From: a virus
Lineage: Duplodnaviria > Caudoviricetes
DNA length: 35,976 nucleotides
IMG/VR virus record: IMGVR_UViG_3300030376_005041
Coordinates: 1-35,976 of that record
Reading direction: 5' to 3' (one strand)
A model generated the notes under the pieces. It was not told the origin of the DNA, did not search any database, and was given only the letters and a program-made list of their open reading frames with translations. A program made the position numbers and the translations under genes. Shown here in pieces: positions 23,001 to 33,300 of the stretch; positions within the stretch are counted from its first letter, which is position 1, and every line of letters starts with the position of its first letter.

Positions 23001-25909
23001 GATAAGTTGTGTGTTTTAGCTTGTTCAGTGCCTAGCAGTTCTTTTATTTCGTTTAAAACATTCCGCAGTTCACTTTTAGTTTCAACTGGGTCAGCTTTCT
23101 TTTTACGCCCCTTCTTTGATGCTTCCAGTTTTAAGTCGGGTTGTTTATTTAAAGTGTTTCTAGCGCGTGACAATGCAGTATCGACTGCTTGGCGTTTCTT
23201 GCCAGTTGTTTCAACAATCTCAGCAGGGGTTAACCCGTCCATTGTTAACTGCATTACTTCGCGTTGTGCTTTTGGCAGCTTATCGATAGCTTTTGCTACT
23301 CTCTGTAAGCGTTCACTTTTACGTAATGTTTCTTCCGGTGACGGTGCTAAATCAGCTTCTTGATCGATCACAGTTTGACCAGTTTCTTCGTCCGGAGTAA
23401 CTGTCGTTTCTTTTTTGTTAATGTTTTGCTGATCTCGTCCAAGATCATTAATTTTATTGGCAGCAATTGTGCGTGCCATTTGTTCAAACTTATTGCGATC
23501 CAACGTTCCTTTTTTAAGCATGTCGAGAAGCGCAAGTTTTGTATCTGTCGTAGCGCTTACAGCAGCGTCTGCTTTTTTTGTTTTGCCGAAAAATCTTCTA
23601 CCCGCATAGTTTTCAGAAACTTGGTCTACAAATTTATTTTCGTCTTCAGTCAGTTCTTGTTCCTGCTGAGTCGGTTGCTGTTGCGTTTTAGTTACCGGTT
23701 CAGCAGTCGTTTGCGCTTCTTCAAATGCGCCTTCCGGTGGTTGTAATGGCTCCGGTTGTACCCGTTCAGCTTCACCTCGTTGTTCTTGCTGTTCGGTAAA
23801 TCGCTTTTGTTCAAGCTCAGCAGACTGTTCTGCTGTGCGTAAAAATCCTTGTTGATCTAACTTACCACCTTCAACTTGTTTGGTGCGGCGCTGGTCAATA
23901 ACCTCGCTGCTGGGTATCACTTTTGGCGATCCGGTAACAACCAGCGGTTCGTTTAAAATGTCCTCCAACGACTGCCACTGCAATATTACCGGTGGACGAG
24001 TCGGCCCAATTGGGTCTTTTGTTTGGCGCACACCAGTAACGTCACGACGTTTGGCGCGTTCCATTTCAATTTGCTCTTGCTGCTCCATTGACTCAGCAGT
24101 TGCAATTTGTTCAGCGCGTGCCATCTCAACGTCGCTCATGTCATTTGAGCGATCTTCAATGTCTTGAAGCAACCCGACAAGATTCTCTACTTCAGATTCA
24201 ATAGTCTTCGGATCAAGCTCGTCGTTCTTAACTTTGCGTCGGATATAATCAAATGCTCTCCGGAAATAATTCCTGGTAGCTGGTGCTGGAGTTAACCCAA
24301 GTTCGTTCCACAGCAAGCTTTCAGTAACACTCCCGTGCCGACGTTCTTGCACTAACATGCGGACATATTCTGCGCCCATAGTGCCATCAGAAATGTCTTC
24401 CCCATAAACATCTGTTACATGCTTTTTCTGGGCTTCAGTCATTTCAGACGCTATTTTTTCAAAACGTTCTTTAGCGTATTCTCCAAATGATAGTTCTGAA
24501 TTTGATGCGTCCCATTCACCTAGCAGAGTTTTTAAATGAGCGTCATGTATAGACTCTTCTTGAATGAGTTTTTTAATATACTCATTAGCATCGAGTCCGT
24601 TATCTTTTATGTGTTTCTTTAAATTTTTTAAATTAACAGTTAATCGGCCAATTCCCGTTACATGAGCGATATGCGGATCGTCATTGTCAGTAAAAATTAC
24701 TTCATCAAAATTGCTGTATTTAGATGAGTCTAATTCGTTAACAACTTGATTTGGAACAGAACCTTCTTGAAGAATTTCACCAGCATTAGCATCGATGTTA
24801 GTTACATGAACCCCGTCTGTTTCTGTAGCTGGGCCAAGTTCTGGGTCAACTGTTTGTTGTTCTTCAATTGATTCTAAATATTTTTTTAAGACTTCTTGTT
24901 CACGATTGTTTTTGACGTTATCAACTTTGTCTTGTGTCGCTTTTAAATCTTTTTGAACTTGTTTGTCTTTCAGCATGTTAATGCCGGATATACCAGATTG
25001 CTGTAAAGCACCGGGGCCAACTCCTGCAACACCTTCTATAAACACTTCTGACGGTGACGTGATTTCCCCCTCCGAAGCTAATTGACCAGCAGCTTCACCA
25101 ACCGAACCCCCCGCACCTTCAATTCCTAGCTTCTTAACTGGACCACTAACAAGTCCACCGAGTTTCATTGTCATTAAATCGACAAGTGCAATCGGGACTC
25201 CGTATTTTAAACTCTTGTTTCTTAAATTAGAAACTGTGTCTGGATCGGTAAATGACGAACGAATTGCATCAGCGTTAGTAACGTCAATTCCCTCTTCAAC
25301 TAACATTTCGTTAAATTTTGCTCCGTAAGAAACTCCAAGAGTTGTTACTGCTTGTCCACTAACAAAACCAACACCAGCACCAGCTATTGTTCCAACACCG
25401 GGAACTACCGACCCAGCAGCAGCGCCAGCAGCCACTCCAACTGCGGTTCTACTAGCACCGTAATTAACTTGTGCAGACAATGATTCGATAATGATTTGCC
25501 CCCCGATCTCAAACGGGTCTTTTATAAATCTGCTAATTTTGTCTTCTTCTGGTGCTTCTGAAAATTCGATGTACGCTTTGCTTCCGCGTAACGCTTGCGA
25601 ACGACGATTGGCTAAAGCCATTTCTTCAAAACGGTCTTCGTCAGAAAATGTTCCGAAACTTTCTCCAACTAAAACATCTGCGGTAGTCGCTTGGTTAGCC
25701 CCACGAAGCCAAGCGTTTCTGAAAGTGTTAAAGAACTCACTATCTTCGTTGCGATCCCATGTTAATGAACTAAAATCTTCGTTAAAATCTTCAAATTGAC
25801 CAAGTAACTTGGGGTAATTTTTACCAATTGATATAACAAGTTCTTCATCTGAAAAATCTTTAAACTTTTCTCCGTAATTTCTACGTGCTGACTCGACGAC
25901 ACTGTTCAT
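20081..25909 (-). CDS. Large internal virion/ejection polyvalent protein: hydrophobic Gly/Ala N-region, degenerate zincin-like domain, embedded ECF sigma module, LPD38-like C-terminus
   Basis: 1942 aa, last gene of the virion module. GAAAGSVVPGVGT membrane-insertion motif; QEESIHDAH; sigma2/sigma4 motifs near aa 755-925; KENYWHIP...YYRIPK and LNPLFKSPIE..LNRN. Confidence 0.85.
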   Translation of the reverse strand: MNSVVESARRNYGEKFKDFSDEELVISIGKNYPKLLGQFEDFNEDFSSLTWDRNEDSEFFNTFRNAWLRGANQATTADVLVGESFGTFSDEDRFEEMALANRRSQALRGSKAYIEFSEAPEEDKISRFIKDPFEIGGQIIIESLSAQVNYGASRTAVGVAAGAAAGSVVPGVGTIAGAGVGFVSGQAVTTLGVSYGAKFNEMLVEEGIDVTNADAIRSSFTDPDTVSNLRNKSLKYGVPIALVDLMTMKLGGLVSGPVKKLGIEGAGGSVGEAAGQLASEGEITSPSEVFIEGVAGVGPGALQQSGISGINMLKDKQVQKDLKATQDKVDNVKNNREQEVLKKYLESIEEQQTVDPELGPATETDGVHVTNIDANAGEILQEGSVPNQVVNELDSSKYSNFDEVIFTDNDDPHIAHVTGIGRLTVNLKNLKKHIKDNGLDANEYIKKLIQEESIHDAHLKTLLGEWDASNSELSFGEYAKERFEKIASEMTEAQKKHVTDVYGEDISDGTMGAEYVRMLVQERRHGSVTESLLWNELGLTPAPATRNYFRRAFDYIRRKVKNDELDPKTIESEVENLVGLLQDIEDRSNDMSDVEMARAEQIATAESMEQQEQIEMERAKRRDVTGVRQTKDPIGPTRPPVILQWQSLEDILNEPLVVTGSPKVIPSSEVIDQRRTKQVEGGKLDQQGFLRTAEQSAELEQKRFTEQQEQRGEAERVQPEPLQPPEGAFEEAQTTAEPVTKTQQQPTQQEQELTEDENKFVDQVSENYAGRRFFGKTKKADAAVSATTDTKLALLDMLKKGTLDRNKFEQMARTIAANKINDLGRDQQNINKKETTVTPDEETGQTVIDQEADLAPSPEETLRKSERLQRVAKAIDKLPKAQREVMQLTMDGLTPAEIVETTGKKRQAVDTALSRARNTLNKQPDLKLEASKKGRKKKADPVETKSELRNVLNEIKELLGTEQAKTHNLSVEDAVRAVLAKRDPESEVFESDLKTFEKELRKKVNKKELTQEQADEQIAEFKNRSENLDTELGVKPKSMIDVDRIFSPLETEPESFGSKLRSVIEGFSTNFLSRFKPLKHLESKVFKVMGKKAPRFDLARKFEQLAGSPARAEKLMLDFHDAVVKPIKGLEKQFNRLMFLRRTKQRLEDDPTRKRVADYTLDDANRLLKELEADITPEQMKQLESAVEQYQEFMSAMLRMQMDSGRISQETLNNIVNSNDFYAPFVVLQHLQDSETASATGDRIDTTKQLAKMITGIDNTDFRLGDFIDAAYDKILTSYMLADKNLKMQELYALSQIDETGLVRELKETKVGKKKKVREKADHEVTVFVDGEQKHLAVNREVARSIEGLNAQATGLISKAMAAASIPMKAGATTFNMAFQFVNLFAADMPRLAMVSKYGFRSPADLIRLPLDYVHALYSSVTGNFGKPNALYKDFLNSGAARSTLQRELTPELFKVKPTEREFKLSARGLLSAIVQLASSVEETSKLVGLKRGMRIENLAKMTPEQQRERMGEIVAEVRNFAGSPDFGRQGAITRSAQLNLVFMYFNARVQGVAADLGRLAGKDGGKNAAIMQLRLATAVGVPTVALWALNNSDEYKDDYEDILDRDKENYWHIPTDQFFVNDEGKRVREYYRIPKREISKLFSNVVESSMEFLETRNSKELKKMAVVFLENIMPVSVSGENLGERVESVVSSLNPLFKSPIEFGLNRNTWLHRDTVPEYMRAASPEQQYFQSTPKFFRGMAELMPDALPEQFRSPLMLKQLTSTMTAGLFTQFMPPRETGRKPLGIFSDQSPLFRRFIRSPYVNESETEEQLKVIERTEADRQLIEKRAIQKFVTDTKGMSVMDRMIRARSASQGNSVLFRKYKKAIDDDANLVGRIDRRVRGLGVASKARASFIIQRLDEMPYERKIEYLRDLRNKKIISPSVSQQIFQQTGIDPSTYAR

Positions 25910-26820
25910 TGATTACGTTGATTTCTAATATCATCAGCTATTACATCACCAAAGTCCGCAGCGCCGCCCATGCCGCCGCCCATGCCGCCGCCCATGCCGC
26001 CTCCGCCCATGCCGCCGCCAGTATTAATCCCCATTGATTGTATTTTTTTATAAAATGCTTCTGCGTCAGTTACCGAAGCGCCATCTAATTTAAAATTATA
26101 TGCTGTTTGCCCTGTCAACGTACTGGTGTACGGAACAATTGAAACTTGCCCAGTGTGTGGCTGGTTGCTTGAAGCCATGAACGCTTGTTCTAAACCAGAT
26201 AAAAAATCTTTGTGCGTATTAACCATACTGTCTCGCACTGCCATTAAATCGAGAAGTTCTGGAGTATCTGAACGAGCAAAATTTTCTATCTTGCCCGTAT
26301 CTGGATTTCTTACTTCTCGCGGAGTTTGCAGTTCATTAATTCTGTTTAAGATCGGGCCAATTTCTGAAGCATGTCTAGCTCCTGCTGCACCAACTGTTTT
26401 TTTGTAATGATCTAACAACGCTGCTTTTTCTTTAAAAACACCTATCAACGGATTTGTTGCATTTTCTGCTTTTGCTTGAGCTAATTTTGCTTCTGCATTT
26501 GCTTTAGTTATTTCAGACGAACGTAATTCTTTTTTGTGTTTTTTTTCGTCTTTAGCATCCCGCATACCTCTTTTTAAAGACTTAGTTCGCAGATCACTTT
26601 CTTTTTTATCGCGTTTTGATTTTCTCTTCGCACGTTTTTCAGCACTTTCTGCACGATCTTCTGCACTATCTGCGCGATCTTCTGCTCTATCAGCACGTTT
26701 ATCTGCTTTTTTGCGATACTTGCTTCGTTCTTTTCTTTCTGCTGACGCTAGATTTGACGCACGAATATCACGCGCCATGTCCATGCCCATCGAAAGTCCT
26801 GTTGAAAATGATCTAGCCAT
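25906..26820 (-). CDS. Internal virion (ejection) protein
   Basis: SFSTGLSMGMDMA start, charged coiled coil with ADRAEDR heptads, GGGM tail. Lies between the other ejection genes. Confidence 0.7.
   Translation of the reverse strand: MARSFSTGLSMGMDMARDIRASNLASAERKERSKYRKKADKRADRAEDRADSAEDRAESAEKRAKRKSKRDKKESDLRTKSLKRGMRDAKDEKKHKKELRSSEITKANAEAKLAQAKAENATNPLIGVFKEKAALLDHYKKTVGAAGARHASEIGPILNRINELQTPREVRNPDTGKIENFARSDTPELLDLMAVRDSMVNTHKDFLSGLEQAFMASSNQPHTGQVSIVPYTSTLTGQTAYNFKLDGASVTDAEAFYKKIQSMGINTGGGMGGGGMGGGMGGGMGGAADFGDVIADDIRNQRNQ
25963..26019. repeat. GCCGCCGCCCAT 12-bp tandem repeats encoding (GGGM)n
   Basis: Direct reading; very GC-rich relative to its surroundings. Confidence 0.85.
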
Positions 26821-26821
26821 A

Positions 26822-27652
26822 TTATGCGTTTAGTCCAAATATTCCACTAACCCCTTTACCAAATGATTGTCCACCAGCCATTCCAGCCATACCCCCAGTT
26901 AATGCAGTTAAACCAAGCCCAGCGCCCATTCCAGCTATTTGACTTAATGGGCCACCTTCTTGCGCCATTCGCATTTGTTGGTTGTATATATTGCCAGTAC
27001 CTTGTGCAAATTGGCTATTGTTCATCACCCCGACTCCGCTATTCATTATGTTTTGCCCCTGAAACGCAGATGCCCCTTGTTGCGCTCCGCTTAATTGAGA
27101 AAATTGAGCCACTGGAGAAACACCAGCGCCAAATGCTGCTTTGTTAGCTATGTCTTGTTGATACATTCTAAAACCAACATCGCCAACTGCCATTGCTTCT
27201 TGAATGCTAGGTGCGTTTCCAAATAAATTACCACGCGCTGCTTGCGATCCGCGTGCGCCTCTAACAGCACCTTCTGCTGCTTGTGTAAAATATTTTTCTG
27301 GGCCACCTTCAGAAATTTGACGACCCAATTCTTGGCGCATTTTAAAACCTTCTGGATCGGCTGCTGCCATTTCTTTGCGACGTTGTTTAACAACATCAAC
27401 GCCGTATGTTTCAGCAGTTTCTAATGAACCCGCAGCCAATTTATCTGCTGCTTCTATCCAAAAATCTAAATTTGCACGGGATAAATCAATGTCACCAATG
27501 CCCCTAAAATCATATTCTTTCCCCTCGACAGTTCCTTTTTCGCCAAGTCTAGCTAAACGATCAAGCTGCTTGCGCGGCCCGACAGTTGCCATCTCAGCAT
27601 TTATTTGCTCTCTTGCCGCACCCCCGTAATCTGGTTCATCTCTACATCCCAT
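26822..27652 (-). CDS. Internal virion / DNA pilot protein
   Basis: PDY start, RGSQAARGNLFG, Gln/Gly/Ala-rich, hydrophobic Gly-rich C-terminus. Confidence 0.7.
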   Translation of the reverse strand: MGCRDEPDYGGAAREQINAEMATVGPRKQLDRLARLGEKGTVEGKEYDFRGIGDIDLSRANLDFWIEAADKLAAGSLETAETYGVDVVKQRRKEMAAADPEGFKMRQELGRQISEGGPEKYFTQAAEGAVRGARGSQAARGNLFGNAPSIQEAMAVGDVGFRMYQQDIANKAAFGAGVSPVAQFSQLSGAQQGASAFQGQNIMNSGVGVMNNSQFAQGTGNIYNQQMRMAQEGGPLSQIAGMGAGLGLTALTGGMAGMAGGQSFGKGVSGIFGLNA

Positions 27653-27653
27653 T

Positions 27654-28025
27654 TTAAAATACTTTCGCCATCATGTTTGCTTTACCCAAATTGGTGTAAC
27701 CCAATCTCGACATCACTGGTAAAAAAGGTGATTTATCGGACAATGGAACTAAAGTCCCACCCGAACCACTCAATCTAATTTGATTTTCTAACACGCTAAT
27801 CACGTTAATACTGTCTTTCGCTTTCATTCTTTCACTATGAAACCATGTGTTTACAGCAGTCAATGCTCCTACACTTGCATATCCGGACAATTTCCCGTCC
27901 TTGTCGAACACATGCGTCGGCAAAACTGGTGAGTGATCGTCCCAACCAGCTTCTGTGTTCAGTGCAACTAATTCGTCTCTGTCTCTCAACGGTCTTACAA
28001 TGACCATTTTGTTGATTAAGTCCAT
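27654..28025 (-). CDS. Small tail-module protein, possibly GNAT-like fold
   Basis: VRPL start, VFDKDGKLSGY, MSRLGY; occupies the position between nozzle and ejection genes. Confidence 0.5.
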   Translation of the reverse strand: MDLINKMVIVRPLRDRDELVALNTEAGWDDHSPVLPTHVFDKDGKLSGYASVGALTAVNTWFHSERMKAKDSINVISVLENQIRLSGSGGTLVPLSDKSPFLPVMSRLGYTNLGKANMMAKVF

Positions 28026-28063
28026 AACTCCAAATCTTACACATCATCTTACACTCCCTCTAG

Positions 28064-29644
28064 CTACCGTTTTTCAGCGTCTAATCCCATAACAATGGCA
28101 CTAGCTTTAACACCTCTTAATTGTATCTTATTTTCTTCAGCTTCTATTCTAAACTGTATTTGATTGAATGTGCCTTTACTAATGTTTGAATACGCTTTTT
28201 TAACAACTTCAGTTCTACCGAACATAAATGGCAATGCTTTTGGAAGCACTACACCACTGCCAGCAGCAGTGTCTATTTTCGATGTGTTTAAACGTTGTTC
28301 AGTTAGAACGTCATCTCGGATTTGGTAAACATCAACGAGAGCGCGACTGTTGTTCCATTCAAATTCAGCGTTCCGACCAATCTTGTCGTTCATCTGCTCA
28401 CGAAAAACAAAACCGCGAGTAGTAATTGACGATGGGTAGAACACTCCGTCATCTTTAAAAGTGCTATCTGTCTCGTCGTTTTGCGCTACGTATTCTAACC
28501 AAGTTAAAACCTTACCGTCTGGTTGGCCAAAATTTAAACGCAACTGACCAGCAAAAGCACTTTCTGCAAAAACAGATGGAGTCCAGTTCGTCCAATAACC
28601 AGACCAGGATTGTGTAACTGTATTATAAACTAATGTGTAATTGTTTGTAGTCGCTCCATCTATTGGAACTGACAGCAAATAACGGTTGTTCCAGAATTTA
28701 GCACATGCTTTATCTGCAACGTTCCAATTAATTCGTTCTATAAAATTTCCAATCGCAGTGCTTATTGGTTGTGGTTCAACAATAGTCTGTGCGCCGTTTA
28801 AAACCTGACCAATAGACATTACTCCGAACCTACTTAAATAAAACACATCACCACCAACTTCAGCTACAGATCGTTTTGCAGCACAACCAAAACGGTCACT
28901 TATTTGTTTAACTTCCCAAAAAGAAGAAACTAATAATTGCGGGTTAGTGTTAACTAAAAATACGCTACGTTCTTTAAATACAATAAGATTAAAATTAGCC
29001 CAACTTTGCAGCGCAATAATTGGATCGCCACTGTGTCCACCAATTCTTATCTGATCGTTTGTGGTATCCCACGTAGTTCCGTCAATAATTGCAGATGCAT
29101 ATATTGCGTCTTGCGGTTGATTCGGAACACCAAACCCAAATAAACGATTTGTATGTAATGTAATTCCGCTAAACTCTAAACCATGTTCGCTAGGAACAGT
29201 GCTAGTAGCGTCGCTTGTAATCATCCGCATTTTGTTTGCGCCATCTGCAACAAACATTTTATCAACCATTTGAACCAAATCTACTTGGTTGGTTGCGTGA
29301 ACGGTGTTTTTAGCTCCTGTTAATTGCGTCCAACTGCTTTCGTCAGAATCACACCTCCACAATTTGCCGTCAGAAGCGCATATTAAACGCTCTCTAGCAC
29401 CTACTGGATCGTCATAATACGCTAACCCCTGTATAGCAGTTGAATGTGCAGTGCTGGGAAATTTTGTCGTTCCCTTGCGAGTAACAACAGTTCCGAACGT
29501 GTTAACATCTACGTTCTTCCCGTCAGTAAATTGATTCTTGTTTAAAAGATTGGGTCTAACGTCACTAACCTGACCACCTAAAAACGAAATAGTATCGTCA
29601 AAAACGAGTGGTTCATCTAACAAGTTTGATGCATACCGTGGCAT
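28064..29644 (-). CDS. Tail nozzle / tail tubular protein B (P22 gp10-like beta-propeller)
   Basis: SFLGG start, NVD...VVTRKG, LIVFKERSV, FGCAAKRSV..VGGDVFYLSRFGV and NRYLLSVP. Confidence 0.85.
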   Translation of the reverse strand: MPRYASNLLDEPLVFDDTISFLGGQVSDVRPNLLNKNQFTDGKNVDVNTFGTVVTRKGTTKFPSTAHSTAIQGLAYYDDPVGARERLICASDGKLWRCDSDESSWTQLTGAKNTVHATNQVDLVQMVDKMFVADGANKMRMITSDATSTVPSEHGLEFSGITLHTNRLFGFGVPNQPQDAIYASAIIDGTTWDTTNDQIRIGGHSGDPIIALQSWANFNLIVFKERSVFLVNTNPQLLVSSFWEVKQISDRFGCAAKRSVAEVGGDVFYLSRFGVMSIGQVLNGAQTIVEPQPISTAIGNFIERINWNVADKACAKFWNNRYLLSVPIDGATTNNYTLVYNTVTQSWSGYWTNWTPSVFAESAFAGQLRLNFGQPDGKVLTWLEYVAQNDETDSTFKDDGVFYPSSITTRGFVFREQMNDKIGRNAEFEWNNSRALVDVYQIRDDVLTEQRLNTSKIDTAAGSGVVLPKALPFMFGRTEVVKKAYSNISKGTFNQIQFRIEAEENKIQLRGVKASAIVMGLDAEKR

Positions 29645-30300
29645 TATCTAAAATCATTTTGTGTCCAAGCGACTTCAACGTCCGGCACTATCTGAATTTG
29701 ACGTGCTGATTGATTTTTTTCCATGTCACGCATTAGCTGCATGTGCGCCCCAGCTTCTTGCATTTTCAATTGAGCTTTTGCGTATTGTTGCAAATACTCC
29801 AGAGCATCAGCTTCTACATACGTAACCAAAGCGTTATCAATCCCACTCAAAACTGCTTCGTCCGAATCACCAAGCGGACTAATAATTAGCTTGCCCAAAA
29901 CCAATAAAGTTTTTGTTTCGTTTGGAATGCGTATTAATTTTATTCTAGGACGAGTGCCGCTTGCGCTTACGCTTTTTGGAAGAACAATAAAATCAGTTGG
30001 CGTGCCGTTTTCATCAAGCAGTGCTGGATTGATTTGAAATACACGCTGATAATCAACTGGAGTTATTTCTTTTTCATCCCAATACGCAGAAACTGGGAAA
30101 TCCATTTCAAGCGTAAGATCAACAATTTCTGTTCCACTTGGCACAGTAGTTGAATACGTTCCCAGACTTTCGCGCCACAACTCAGCATTCCAAATCATGT
30201 CATAACGACGATCAACAAATGTCTTAAACACGGAGATACTATCATCATCAGTGCTATGCACTTTTTGACCAACGTATGTTGCTATATCAGATTTTGTCAT
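29644..30300 (-). CDS. Head-tail adaptor / tail tubular protein A
   Basis: 218 aa; MTKSDI start, W..LW, GTPTDF, IKLIRIP; directly upstream of the nozzle. Confidence 0.78.
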   Translation of the reverse strand: MTKSDIATYVGQKVHSTDDDSISVFKTFVDRRYDMIWNAELWRESLGTYSTTVPSGTEIVDLTLEMDFPVSAYWDEKEITPVDYQRVFQINPALLDENGTPTDFIVLPKSVSASGTRPRIKLIRIPNETKTLLVLGKLIISPLGDSDEAVLSGIDNALVTYVEADALEYLQQYAKAQLKMQEAGAHMQLMRDMEKNQSARQIQIVPDVEVAWTQNDFR

Positions 30301-33300
30301 TCCATTATTATCCAGTGTCCGTCACCGGCAGATGTATTATCTAGAACAATGCGTTTAAATATTTTTATCACTACGGCATTTGTGCCGAAATATAAAGTTA
30401 CAGTATCTCGCAGCCCAACTCCGTTAGTAAGGGACGTGTCGTCTGACGCTGCACCTGCATTTGTTCCATAATAAGCAGCATTAAGCCCATGAGCCTCAAC
30501 CATTTTTTGAGGTAAATAAATGTAACCCCATCCACCAACTGTAGTTACACTAATCGTTCCCGGACTGCTTGTTGTGGTTGTAGTAAATTCAGTTGATGAG
30601 TGAATAGTTTCAACAACATGTATTTTATTAAAATTACTATCGTTTCCGGAAGTTGTGTCAACATTTGCCATAACAATTCTGTCACCAGCTTCCAGCCCGT
30701 GATCTAACGAAGTTGTCATTTTTAGCTTACCCCCAGAAACCACAATCCCATTTTCAGCTATTGTTGCCCCAGCTTTAATTCTTATTGCGCTACTGCCTCC
30801 AGAAGTTTTGTTTTTGTATAAACTTAAATAAAATTCATTTCCACTTAACATCGGAGATACATCTGCTGTGTTCAATTTCGGATTTGGCAAAAGAATAATA
30901 TTCTCACCATCAACACTACTGAAAGTGCCTCTAGCTATGCCGTACATATCTTTTATTTGTAAACTAGCATATTGACCGCCTCCACTACCCCAGTCTGAAA
31001 TACCTACATTAGTAAACGCAGTATGAATTTTATTTTTTTCATTCGGATCGTCTAACCAGAAACGGAAGTTTTGATTTACTGTAGTTCCACCATTAATTTT
31101 TATTAACAATGTTTCAACCGTTGGGCTTTTCGGCCAACTTCCATTACCAGAAGCTAATCCAAATACCATTTTGTCGTTCGCATCTTCATCAATGCATAAC
31201 GGTGATTTTGCTGTGTTTGTAAAATTGTTGTATGTCCAATTATTGCCATTAATTAACAACCCAGCGTTGTGTTTAAACGAATCTCCTTCACCAGCGTCAG
31301 TATAAGTATATGTAGCGCCAGTGGCATAAACAACAAACCCATGCCCTAAAGTATAATCGTGTGTCGCATTTCTTCCGGTCGGGTCAGGAACTGTAATGGA
31401 ATTGCCATTAATATTAACATTAGTCGTTCCGTATAATTCAAATGCTCTTTGATGATGTTCTACACTGTTTCCAGTAATTATGTTGCCCACCGGATAACGC
31501 ATGTAAACAGCAGTTTCACCAATTCTATGTGGCACTTCACTCTGACTATCAGTGCTAAATCCGTCGAAACGATTAGTTGATACAGTGTGGTGTAACCCGT
31601 CTAAACGAACTCCAAAACGATTGTATTTTAAATGGTTTCCACTAAACAAAATACCATCTGAAGTTCCAGCAGTTATCAATCCAGCATAACACGCTTCAAA
31701 CGTATTTCCGGTAAAACTCAAATCAACACCTTTTACTCTAGCTCGATCTTTGCTCCCGTTGTTTAACATGATCCCAAACATTCCCTTACTAGAATTGTTT
31801 GGTGTCCCGCTTATATCTGAGCTTTGAAAAGATTTGTAACCCCGAAACAATAAATCACTGTAACGATTGTTGCGATGGGTGAATCCCGGCAGCCATAATC
31901 CAATTGTGTCATCTTCAACATAACCACTAAAATGAATGCCAGTAATGTGAGCATCCATATCTTGAATGCGGTTTTTGTTACCAGCTAAACTCTCATCACC
32001 AGCTTGCTCACCTCCAGTGGGGTTGTAACCAGACGAATAAACATCGATCGTTCCAACTTCGTTGTTAGCAATTGATCCCGATTCTAGATACCCAACTAAC
32101 GCAATCGAGCCAGCAGCTTCATTGTCTGTCACAACAAACACTGCGCCACTTGTGAAATTAATTTTAGTACCAGGATATATCCGTTGGTTAGTTCCTCCTG
32201 TAGCGACTGTTAAACTTTGTTGTGCATAAAACTTTTCATTGTCATCAACTCCGTCTTCAAAATAACCATTACTAAATGGATTTGTTAATGTTCCTCCAGT
32301 TAATGTTCCGCTTGAAGATAATGCATTTGTAGATGTGTAAAAACTTCCACCTTCTGCATGAAAAGTTGTCGCAGATTGTGTTGATCCATTATCATATACA
32401 ATTGACGTTGCCCCATTAGCATATCCGCTTCCGTTGTTAACTAAAAAACTTGCTCCAGTAGAAAGTGTTCCCCCAGCAGTAACAGTTCCAACAGCGTGAT
32501 AAATTCCAGTAGTAACGTTTGCTGTGGTGTATTTCAATTCGTCACGAACCATCATCACAGCGTGCATTCCATTAATTCTCAACGGAACTTTGTAATCTGT
32601 TTTATCGCTGTAATATTTCCACTTACGCTTGTTAATTTTACGAGCTAAATTTGTTGTTGCTCCCCCAACAGTTACATCGTCTGTGTAATCATTTGTTTGT
32701 CTAGTTCCGTCATCACTGAAACGATCACCAGTATAACGAATAACTGTACTGCCAGAACCACTGCCACGAACAGAACATGACGGTGGAACAATTAAAGTTT
32801 TGTTAATCTTAAAAAATCCAGCGGGGAACAATACTTCAACAGATCGTGCAAAGCGTGATTTATCTAATTCGCTTTCACTGTTTGTTTGAGCTAATAAAGC
32901 ACCTGACGAAGTTATGTCTTCAGACAGTCCGTAAGTTGCTTTAATTTTTGACCAAGCAACATCTAATGCTTTTTGGCACGCAGCAAAATCAATAGTATCA
33001 AACAACGACTCGACCCACGGGTAATCAGTTTGTATTGCTGCTAAATTTGCATAACCCCTAGATTTTGTGCCGCCAGTTAACCATTGTGCAACTACAGTGC
33101 CAGTATTGTCACCAAGCGCACCATACGCCATTACATCGATAACCGGATGTTCTGACGTTGCTGCTTTTGAAATTGGAAGAAAACCGTCCGATACCAGATT
33201 GGTTTTCGCTGTGTTTGGGGTATCCCAGTTCTCGTAGAAATCAGACTTACCCTCGTCAACACTACTTGTTTGCAAAGAAAAATCAGCAGCAACTTCTGAT

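Noticed and set aside
20748-27629. Many plus-strand ORFs of 60-143 aa opposite the ejection genes
   Set aside because: Ser/Phe/Leu-rich antisense shadows with no supporting signals.
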